From Desulfomicrobium sp. (lineage in GTDB: Bacteria; Desulfobacterota; Desulfovibrionia; Desulfovibrionales; Desulfomicrobiaceae), in NCBI GenBank assembly GCA_040768745.1, contig JAXGMI010000001.1:1088001-1152000 (forward strand): a stretch of 64,000 nt of DNA, in the 5' to 3' direction. The stretch's first letter is position 1, and every line of letters begins with the position of its first letter. The notes below the pieces were generated by a model. The model saw nothing but the letters and a program-made list of their open reading frames with translations, was not told the DNA's origin and did not search any database. Position numbers and translations under genes: made by a program. Positions 35,636 through 43,287 of the stretch are shown here, in pieces.

Positions 35636-36034
35636 ATGAAGAAGTTGTGTACGATGTCCTGCGTGGCGGTGCTCGTGCTGGCCATGAGCGGTCTTTCCTT
35701 CGCGGCCTCCATGAAGGGCAAGGGTGGCGCCCAGGCCAGCATCCCGGAGACAAATCCCATCCTGGTGGAACTGGCCACGGGGGAGACGCCTGAAGAACCC
35801 GGCCTGGTCGACAATCCCGCGTTCACCGCATCCCTGAACGCCCTGGCGCTGCCAACCACCGGGGACCTGGAGGGTCTGGGGGCACAGGGAGATTCTCTCG
35901 GCGAGAGCCAGAACGAATCGCCACAGGCTGCCATCCAGCAGCCCCAGCCCAACGCGGTTCCCGAACCCACCACCCTGCTGCTGATGGGCATGGGACTGCT
36001 CGGACTGGCAGGCGTGTACAGAACTCGTCGCTGA
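35636..36034 (+). CDS. Small PEP-CTERM protein (132 aa)
   Basis: Signal peptide; C-terminal VPEPTTLLLMGMGLLGLAGVYRTRR; paralog of 34727-35083. Confidence 0.92.
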   Translation: MKKLCTMSCVAVLVLAMSGLSFAASMKGKGGAQASIPETNPILVELATGETPEEPGLVDNPAFTASLNALALPTTGDLEGLGAQGDSLGESQNESPQAAIQQPQPNAVPEPTTLLLMGMGLLGLAGVYRTRR

Positions 36035-36057
36035 TATTTCTCTACAAAAGAATTGAG

Positions 36058-36087
36058 AAAGGCAGGGCCACACGCCCTGCCTTTTTT
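36058..36087 (+). terminator. Intrinsic terminator
   Basis: AAAGGCAGGGC-CACAC-GCCCTGCCTTTTTT. Confidence 0.85.
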
Positions 36088-36088
36088 C

Positions 36089-36250
36089 ATGGCCCACCGG
36101 TCCGAGCGTCCGCGCACGGACGGATGGTGATTCGATTTCTGATCCGTGACGGCACTCAAAAAAGCCGTGGATTGCCGCGCGCCCTGAAGGGTTGAGACGC
36201 GCAATGTTGGGACTCAGACTCGTGATCCGTCATGGCGAGACTCGCCATCC
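36089..36250. repeat. Conserved non-coding block (copy 2, shorter)
   Basis: Shares CCGGTCCGAGCGTCCGCGCACGGACGGATGG, ACGGCACTCA.AAAAGCCGTGGATTGCC, CCCTGAAGGGT and TGATCCGTCAT with copy 1. Confidence 0.7.
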
Positions 36251-36251
36251 G

Positions 36252-37751
36252 TCACTGCGTGGGCGCGCTGCCCGCCCCGAAGCGCAGGCTGGCGCCCAGA
36301 TTGGCGCGCATGATCTTGCCCCCGCTGTTCTTGGGCAGGTCGTGGGCCACCACGATCTGGATGGCCTGGTAGATGCGCCCCAGGCGCTCGGCGCAGAGTT
36401 TTTTCAGCTCCAGCACCTCGTCGCCCTGGATGGGCCGCTGGGGGACGACGACGCCCACGAGCATGGGCACGTCGTCGGCGCTTTTGCGGATGGCCACCAC
36501 GGCCGATTCCAGCACGGCGGGGTGGGAGTTGAGGACCTCCTCCACCCGCTCGGGGTTGACCTTCACCCCCCCGATATTGAGGATGTGGTCCGCCCGGCCC
36601 GTCAGAAAGACATAGCCGCCCGCGTCGACCATGCCCTGGTCCCCGGGGATGTACATGCCGTGCTGGAAGGTCTTCCGGGTGGCCTCCTCGTCCCCCACGT
36701 ACCCGGCCGCCAGCAGGGGCGTCCTGAAGCAGAGCCAGCCCTCCTCGCCCGGGGGCAGGGGCTGGCCCTTTTCGTCCACGGCCCGGCACTGCACCCACGG
36801 GTACAGGCGGCCGTGGGACTGCGGGCGCAGGGCCGCGTCCTCCTCGGTCAGCAGGGCCAGGGCCGCGGTCTCGGTGGAGCCGTAGTCCACCTCGATCCTG
36901 GGGCAGACGCGCGCGTGAATCCCGCTGTGCAGGCCGGGGCTGACCACGCTGCCGGCCACCTGCACGACGGCCACGCTCGCGCAGGCCTGCCGGGCATCCA
37001 GATTTTTCTCCGCCCCGTGGGCCACCAGCCTGGCGGCCAGGCCGGTGGTGGTGAAGACCCGCGTGGGCTGATCGCGCTGGGTCATGCGGAAGAAATTCTC
37101 CGCTGAATAGTCCTGGCAGATGACTGCCGTGTTGCCGTGGACCAGGGCGCGCAGCAGGACGGTCAGCCCCACGGCGATGTGCAGGCTGGAAAAGACGAGC
37201 ACGCGCTGTCCGCCCCGGTGGTTGAGGGCCATGTCCAGCATCCCGCGCCGGTGGGTCAAACCGACGCTCTTGGGCAGGCCGGTGGTGCCCGAGGAGACGG
37301 CGATCATCCAGGGGTCCTGGTCCACGTCCTCGGCCATGGCCGGGACCGTGACCCGCTCCCCGGGTTCGGCCAGGAACAGCCCTCCGGCATCGAGGTGGCT
37401 CCAGGTCGCGCCGTCGGCCCGCCAGCTGTCCTCGGTGTCGTGGACCAGGGTGTGCACGGCGTGGCGCTCCAGCAGCGCGCGTTTGCGCTCTTCGGGCCAG
37501 GCGGCCACATGGGGCGTGGCCACGGCCCCCATGCGGGCCAGGGCCAGCAGCCCCGCGACGTAGGCCGCCGGGCTGCGCATGCCCAGGGCCACGACGTGCC
37601 CGCGCCGGATTCCGGCCTCGGCCAGGCGGGCCGAAACCAGGTGCACGGTCTGCTGCAGCTGGGCGTAGGTGACGGGGTTGCCCTCGAAAATCAGGGCCGG
37701 CTGCTCGGGATAGGCGGCGCAGTTGCGCCAGATCGCCTCGGTGATGTTCAT
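36252..37751 (-). CDS. Class I adenylate-forming enzyme (acyl-CoA synthetase-like)
   Basis: SSGTTGLPK, YGSTE, PGDQG, GRADHILNIGGVKV, LPKNSGGKI. Confidence 0.88.
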   Translation of the reverse strand: MNITEAIWRNCAAYPEQPALIFEGNPVTYAQLQQTVHLVSARLAEAGIRRGHVVALGMRSPAAYVAGLLALARMGAVATPHVAAWPEERKRALLERHAVHTLVHDTEDSWRADGATWSHLDAGGLFLAEPGERVTVPAMAEDVDQDPWMIAVSSGTTGLPKSVGLTHRRGMLDMALNHRGGQRVLVFSSLHIAVGLTVLLRALVHGNTAVICQDYSAENFFRMTQRDQPTRVFTTTGLAARLVAHGAEKNLDARQACASVAVVQVAGSVVSPGLHSGIHARVCPRIEVDYGSTETAALALLTEEDAALRPQSHGRLYPWVQCRAVDEKGQPLPPGEEGWLCFRTPLLAAGYVGDEEATRKTFQHGMYIPGDQGMVDAGGYVFLTGRADHILNIGGVKVNPERVEEVLNSHPAVLESAVVAIRKSADDVPMLVGVVVPQRPIQGDEVLELKKLCAERLGRIYQAIQIVVAHDLPKNSGGKIMRANLGASLRFGAGSAPTQ

Positions 37752-37837
37752 CGCAAATCCTTCAGCCCGGTGGGGCGGCGTTCATGGTGGACTGTTTCGC
37801 TTCCTGCGCCGGGTCCGCTGCGGAGCCCCGGGCAAGG

Positions 37838-37869
37838 AAAACCCCACCCCCCGGGAGGGGGGTGGGGTT
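37838..37869 (-). terminator. GC-rich hairpin downstream of the S-layer-like gene (terminator or mRNA stabiliser)
   Basis: AACCCCACCCCCC-GGGA-GGGGGGTGGGGTT with a short U tract on the minus strand. Confidence 0.65.
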
Positions 37870-37918
37870 GTGGTTGGAGGCGCACTCCCTCACCGGGGCG
37901 AGGGGTGATGACTTGGGG

Positions 37919-40411
37919 TTAGGCCCACACGAAGTTGTCGGCGTCGGTCAGGCCGGTCACGCCGGTCAGCTCGATGGCCATATCAGAGCTGTCCAGAGTC
38001 TGACTGCCGTCGACGTCAACATACAGGATGCTGGTCGCGGAATCCAGCACAGCCATTCCAGCAGTGCCGTCCAGAGTGGTCAGCACCGCGCCGTAGCCGT
38101 TGGCGGTGCCGACATATTCGCCGCCAGGAGCAACAGCGCTGAGATCGAGCAGGTCGCCGTCCTTGCCGCCCTGGAAGTTGGTGATGACGTCCACCTTGGT
38201 GCCCTGGGACTGGGCCACAGCGGTGTAGATGTAGGTGTTCACGCCGGCGGCGCCGGTGACGGTCTCCAGGCCGGTGCCGAGGGCCAGGCCCAGGTCGTTG
38301 GTCATGGCCGAGGCGTCGATGGTGTTGGCCGTGGTCGTGGCGCTCAGGTCGAGATAGAGGCCCGTGGCGCCGGTGATGGTGGTGGCCTTCACGGCGTCGG
38401 CATTCAGGGCCAGGGCATAGCCGATGTAGCTGATGTCGATGCCGTCCGTGGTGCCGTCCGCGTCGGTCAAGTCAAAGTCCTTGCAGCGGTTGTCCATGGA
38501 CAGGTTGATGGTCTCCACGCCGTTGATGGTCAGGGTCCCGTAATCCTGGTCGACGTCGTCCCTAACCCCGTCATCACCGCCTTCGGAGTCGCCATTGATG
38601 ACCACGTTGAAGGTCTGGTCGCCGGTGGTGGTCTTCAGGTTCACGACCACGCTCTGACCCGCGCCTTCCTCCTGGTACTCGAGGGTGCCGCCGTCGGTCA
38701 CGTTCTTGATGGTCGTGGTGACATCGTATGAGTAACCGAGGATGACATAGTTGATGTTGTCCAGCAGGGCCATGTCAAAGGTATGGTCCACGTAGTTGTG
38801 GCACAGCTTGATGGCCTCGAAGTTCTGGAAATAGCCGGCGTATCCGGTGGGGATGGTCGCAGCGTCGGCCATTTCGCCGTACATGGCGATGGTGTCGAAC
38901 CCGTCGCCGCCGTCGATGAGGTCGAGCACGGTGCCTTCCTTGGCCAGGAGCGTGGTGCCCAGGTGGATGATGTCGTCGCCCGCGCCGAGGTCGATGTCGA
39001 AGAGGGCTTCAGCGTCGTTCACGTTGTCGGTATGGACCTCGTCGTTGCCGCCGGCGGTGTCGATGATCACATCGCCGTCGCCCTGGCCGGCCATGATCTT
39101 GTCGTTGCCGTCAAAGGTGGTCAGGGTTTTGGTCTTGTCGGTGTCGCCGAGGGCGATGTCATTGTTGCCCTGGGCGCCGGTGACGGTCAGGGGGCCTTCG
39201 CCGCCGCAGATCCCGCGCAGCCACAGGTTGGCGTTCAGGGCCGAGGCGTCCACGGTGGTCAGCTTGTAGGTGTCGTAGCTGTAGCTCGGGTTGAAGCGCA
39301 GGTCCGTGGTGCCGCTGATGTTCAGGGTGGTCATGGCCTCGGCGCCGTACAGCTGCAGGAAGTTGCCGCGGTCGTTGTTGCCGGTGGAGACGATGTTGTA
39401 GATCTCGACGACCTGGTCGCCGTTTTCGTTGTAGATGTCCAGGATGCCGTATTCGCCTTCGATTTCGTCACCGCCACCCAGGTCGTCGTTGTCCAGCAGA
39501 CGGCGGGGGATGGGCCCGACGCCGGCGTTGTCGACAATAACGGTCACTTCGTCGGCATTGCCGGTGAAGACGCTGTTGGAGACAATGAGGTCGAAGTACG
39601 CTTCATCGGTTTCATCGGTGCCCCAGTCCTTGAGGACGACTTCGGAGAAGGCTTCCTTGATGTCATTGACGTACACATCATAGTTGCCGCCTTCCACGCC
39701 GTAGCTCTTGACCCCGCTCCAGAGGGTGGCGGTCAGGTCCAGGTCACTGTCCGCGTAATTGCGGATCACCACGTTCTCGATGCTCTTCAGCTCGACGACG
39801 TTGGCTTCGGAGTAGTCGCTGCTGGCGGTCAGCAGGAAGGTGTCGTTGCCGTCCTTGCCGTCGATGTAGTCGCCGGTGTTGTAGGTGGAGGACAGGGGGC
39901 CGGAGGCCACGCCGCGGAAGGTGTCGGCGAAGGCCGTGCCGTCCAGGTCGTCCACTTCAGAGGTCAGCTCGAAGGTCAGGCCGGGGGTCTGGTTGTCGAT
40001 GAGGGTGCCGTCTTCCAGATAGACCGGTCCGCGGTTGGATTCGAAGCGGCCGTACAGCATGTAGTGCTGCAGGGCGTCCATGCCGGCTTCGGCCACGTCG
40101 GGGTTGTCAGCCAGATAGCGTTCCTTGTCGAAGGCGGTCAGGTCCACGTCATCCCAGGACTCGTTGGGTTTGCGGCCTTCGGCGGCGCCGTAGAGCAGGT
40201 AGTGGGTTAGGTAGTTCATGCCCGAGGCCACGACATCGGGGTTGTTGGCGGCATAGTAGGCGGTGTTGAACTCCGCGTTGGGGTTGCGTTCTTCCAGCCA
40301 GCCCCAGTTCTCCCAGTGCTGCAGGGCTGTCATCTGGCCAGCGGCGACCGCGATCCGAACGTCCTGATACTGAGCCAGATAGTAATCCGCATCAAAAAAC
40401 ATTGTACTCAT
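37919..40411 (-). CDS. T1SS-secreted S-layer-like surface protein (830 aa)
   Basis: No signal peptide; very acidic and D/T/G/A-rich; three N-terminal FD..YYLA.NPDV...HY..YG..EGR.P repeats; TFELTSEVDDLDGTAFADTF (RsaA/SapA-like); GxGND/GxGDD Ca-binding turns; C-terminal DVITNF...LYVD.DG...IELTGV. Confidence 0.75.
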   Translation of the reverse strand: MSTMFFDADYYLAQYQDVRIAVAAGQMTALQHWENWGWLEERNPNAEFNTAYYAANNPDVVASGMNYLTHYLLYGAAEGRKPNESWDDVDLTAFDKERYLADNPDVAEAGMDALQHYMLYGRFESNRGPVYLEDGTLIDNQTPGLTFELTSEVDDLDGTAFADTFRGVASGPLSSTYNTGDYIDGKDGNDTFLLTASSDYSEANVVELKSIENVVIRNYADSDLDLTATLWSGVKSYGVEGGNYDVYVNDIKEAFSEVVLKDWGTDETDEAYFDLIVSNSVFTGNADEVTVIVDNAGVGPIPRRLLDNDDLGGGDEIEGEYGILDIYNENGDQVVEIYNIVSTGNNDRGNFLQLYGAEAMTTLNISGTTDLRFNPSYSYDTYKLTTVDASALNANLWLRGICGGEGPLTVTGAQGNNDIALGDTDKTKTLTTFDGNDKIMAGQGDGDVIIDTAGGNDEVHTDNVNDAEALFDIDLGAGDDIIHLGTTLLAKEGTVLDLIDGGDGFDTIAMYGEMADAATIPTGYAGYFQNFEAIKLCHNYVDHTFDMALLDNINYVILGYSYDVTTTIKNVTDGGTLEYQEEGAGQSVVVNLKTTTGDQTFNVVINGDSEGGDDGVRDDVDQDYGTLTINGVETINLSMDNRCKDFDLTDADGTTDGIDISYIGYALALNADAVKATTITGATGLYLDLSATTTANTIDASAMTNDLGLALGTGLETVTGAAGVNTYIYTAVAQSQGTKVDVITNFQGGKDGDLLDLSAVAPGGEYVGTANGYGAVLTTLDGTAGMAVLDSATSILYVDVDGSQTLDSSDMAIELTGVTGLTDADNFVWA

Positions 40412-40848
40412 AACACAACCTCGCAAAAGTAAGTGGTTTTTTAAAAACGTTGAAAAACCGATTGAAAAATTTGCTAGCCCAATGAATTTGCTAAGTCAAC
40501 ATGCCGGTATGTTGCAGCCTCCTTCTCCCCGGACATCTGATTACGGGCTTGTTGGGGCCGCATCGAACCGACTTGGGGAAAGCGTGGCCGATGTCGTGGC
40601 GCCCTGGAGGCACTCCCTCTTTTTGCCTCTGAAAGCCCCAATGATAAAAAACACATCTATTTATACGAGTATGGCAAGGATTTGGCAAGTATTTAGGTCC
40701 GTCAACTTGGGTTGTGCTGATTTTGCAACAATTTGTTTTTCAAGTATTTTTTCAAAATGTGCATTTTGTGCGAAATTTTGGCCCCGGATCCGGACAATCG
40801 CAGAGGGTGTCAAAAACACCTGCCAGCCTCGCATGGCGCTGCCTCTCA

Positions 40849-40864
40849 AGCAAATATCCTGCCA
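40849..40864 (-). promoter_or_regulatory. Candidate sigma54 promoter pointing to the S-layer-like gene
   Basis: Minus strand TGGCAGGATATTTGCT, one mismatch to TGGCACG-N4-TTGCW; ~440 bp upstream of the ATG. Confidence 0.35.
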
Positions 40865-41148
40865 GATGCGCTCCGACTGTCCGTCCCCGTCCCGCCCCCT
40901 GCCCGGCGAGGGGGCGGGACGGCGTCTCTTGTCAAATCCGCGTCCAGGCAGTACAGCACGTGACCGCCATGGATGTGCATCGCCCGCGGGCCGCCTCCTC
41001 GACAAAACCTGTCCATGCATCCCTCTTTTTTGTCCTTCCCACGGGGAACCTCTGGCGGCCACGCGACGTTTCATGGCCTGAGGGCGGCACGCTGCAATTT
41101 TTTCACGGCATTCCCCGAATGCCTTCCGCACAACGGAGACCGTTTTTC

Positions 41149-41967
41149 ATGCGCACCTTTTCCACCGCACCCCAGGAGATGGCGCTCTGCCTCTGGCGTC
41201 ACCGGGACCTGTTCACCAGCCTCGTGCACCGCGAGGTCGTGGGCCGCTACCGCGGATCGTTCATGGGCATCCTGTGGTCCTTTTTCAACCCGCTGTTCAT
41301 GCTCAGCGTGTACACCTTCGTGTTCAGCGTCGTGTTCAAGGCCCGCTGGGGCACGGGGAGCGAGTCCAGGATGGAGTTCGCCCTGATCCTTTTCGCCGGC
41401 CTCATCGTGTTCAACCTTTTTGCCGAATGCGTGAACAGGGCCCCGAACCTGATCCTCTCCAACGTCAATTTCGTCAAACGGGTCGTCTTCCCCCTGGAGA
41501 TCCTGCCCTGGGTCAGCCTGGGCGCGACCATGTTCCACGCCCTGGTCAGCCTCGGCGTGTGGCTGATCGCCTACGCCGTCCTGTTCGGCGTGCCTCAGCC
41601 GACGGTCCTGTTCCTGCCCCTGATCCTTCTGCCCCTGATCCTGTTCATCATGGGCGCGAGCTGGGCCCTGGCCTCCCTGGGGGTGTACCTGCGGGACGTC
41701 TCGCAGGTCATCGGCATCGTCACCACGGTGCTCCTGTTCCTGTCCCCCATCTTCTACTCCGCCAGCGCCCTGCCCGAAAAGTACCAGCGCTGGCTCCTGC
41801 TCAACCCCCTGAACCCCATCATCGAGCAGACCCGCAACGCCCTGCTGTGGGGCAAGGCCCCGGACCCGCTGGTCCTGGCCCTGTCCTTTGCCGGGGGGCT
41901 GGCCGTGGCCTGGCTGGGCTTCGCGTGGTTCCAGAAAACGCGCAAGGGATTCGCCGATGTCCTCTGA
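41149..41967 (+). CDS. wzm: Wzm ABC-2 polysaccharide export permease
   Basis: REVVGRYRGSFMGILWSFFNPL, NFVKRVVFPLE, YLRDV, KGFADVL. Confidence 0.92.
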   Translation: MRTFSTAPQEMALCLWRHRDLFTSLVHREVVGRYRGSFMGILWSFFNPLFMLSVYTFVFSVVFKARWGTGSESRMEFALILFAGLIVFNLFAECVNRAPNLILSNVNFVKRVVFPLEILPWVSLGATMFHALVSLGVWLIAYAVLFGVPQPTVLFLPLILLPLILFIMGASWALASLGVYLRDVSQVIGIVTTVLLFLSPIFYSASALPEKYQRWLLLNPLNPIIEQTRNALLWGKAPDPLVLALSFAGGLAVAWLGFAWFQKTRKGFADVL

Positions 41968-43282
41968 TCCCGCGATCCATGTGCAGGGGCTGAGCAAGTG
42001 CTACCACATCTATGACCGGCCCCGGGACCGCCTGCTGCAGATGCTGTGCAGGGGGCGCAGGCAGTTCTACAGGGAATTCTGGGCCCTGAGCGGCGTGTCC
42101 TTCGACGTGTTCCCGGGCGAAACCGTGGGCATCATCGGCCGTAACGGCAGCGGCAAGTCCACCCTGCTGCAGATGATCTGCAGCACCCTGAACCCCACGG
42201 ACGGGGTCATCGAAACGCGCGGGCGCGTGGCGGCCCTGCTGGAGCTCGGGTCCGGCTTCAACCCCGAGTTCACGGGCCGGGAGAACGTGTACATGAACGC
42301 GGCCCTGCTGGGGCTGACCAGGGAGGAGACCAACGCCAGACTCCCGGAGATCATGGCCTTCGCGGACATCGGGGAGTTCATCGACCAGCCCGTGAAGACC
42401 TACTCCAGCGGCATGATGGTCCGCCTGGCCTTCTCCGTCATCGCCCATGTGGACGCGGACATCCTGGTGGTGGACGAGGCCCTGGCCGTGGGCGACGCGT
42501 TCTTCACCCAGAAGTGCATGCGCTACCTGCGGTCCTTCATGAAGACCGGGACCACGCTGTTCGTCAGCCACGACACGGCGGCGGTCAGGAGCCTGTGCAC
42601 CAGGGCCGTCTGGCTGGAAAAGGGGCGGGTGTTGCAGATGGGCTCGCCCAAGGAGGTCTGCGAGAACTACCTGGAGGCCTTCTTCGAGGCCCAGCAGGGC
42701 AAGGGCACCACGACGCGCCTGAAGCAAGCCCCCGCGCCGGAGGAGGAGCAGGGCCGGGACCAGCGCCAGGAGTTCCTGAACCAGACCAACCTGCGCAACG
42801 ACATCCGGCTGATCGAGTTCGACCCCGACGCCCCCTCCTTCGGGAAAGGCGGGGCGCACATCACCGCGGTCAGGTTCCTGGACGCCCAGGGGCAGCCCCT
42901 GTCCTGGATCGTGGGCGGGGAGGACGTGACCCTGCGGGTGGAGGCCCTGGCCCGGGAGGACCTCGATGCGCCCATCATCGGTTTCCTGGTCAAGGACAGG
43001 CTCGGGCAGTGCCTGTTCGGGGACAACACGTACCTGAGCTACATGGACGCGCCGGTGCCCTCCCCGGCCGGCCGGTTCGTCACGGCCGAGTTCTCCTTCC
43101 AGATGCCCAGGCTGGCCGCCGGGGACTATGCCATCACCGTGGCCATTGCCAACGGGACCCAGTTCGAGCATGTGCAGCACCACTGGATGCATGACGCCAT
43201 CGTCTTCAGGTCCGAATCCACCAGCGTGGCCAGCGGCCTCATCGGCATCCCCATGCGTTCGATCAACCTCTACCTCAAATAG
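41957..43282 (+). CDS. wzt: Wzt ABC ATPase with C-terminal carbohydrate-binding domain
   Basis: GRNGSGKSTLL, GFNPEFTGREN, YSSGMMVRLAF, VDEALAVGD; ~190-aa C-terminal extension. Confidence 0.92.
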   Translation: MSSDPAIHVQGLSKCYHIYDRPRDRLLQMLCRGRRQFYREFWALSGVSFDVFPGETVGIIGRNGSGKSTLLQMICSTLNPTDGVIETRGRVAALLELGSGFNPEFTGRENVYMNAALLGLTREETNARLPEIMAFADIGEFIDQPVKTYSSGMMVRLAFSVIAHVDADILVVDEALAVGDAFFTQKCMRYLRSFMKTGTTLFVSHDTAAVRSLCTRAVWLEKGRVLQMGSPKEVCENYLEAFFEAQQGKGTTTRLKQAPAPEEEQGRDQRQEFLNQTNLRNDIRLIEFDPDAPSFGKGGAHITAVRFLDAQGQPLSWIVGGEDVTLRVEALAREDLDAPIIGFLVKDRLGQCLFGDNTYLSYMDAPVPSPAGRFVTAEFSFQMPRLAAGDYAITVAIANGTQFEHVQHHWMHDAIVFRSESTSVASGLIGIPMRSINLYLK

Positions 43283-43287
43283 GTATC

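Noticed and set aside
37919..40411. Surface protein as an RTX pore-forming toxin, or as the PglB substrate
   Set aside because: No hydrophobic pore domain or RtxC/HlyC acyltransferase; T1SS substrates bypass the periplasm where PglB acts, and I found no D/E-X-N-X-S/T sequon by eye
40714..41148. Long N-terminal extensions given by the ORF track (wzm from 40714; also pglD, pglE, wbaP, sapC, rmlC)
   Set aside because: Family similarity, RBS positions and stop/start overlaps support the downstream starts used here
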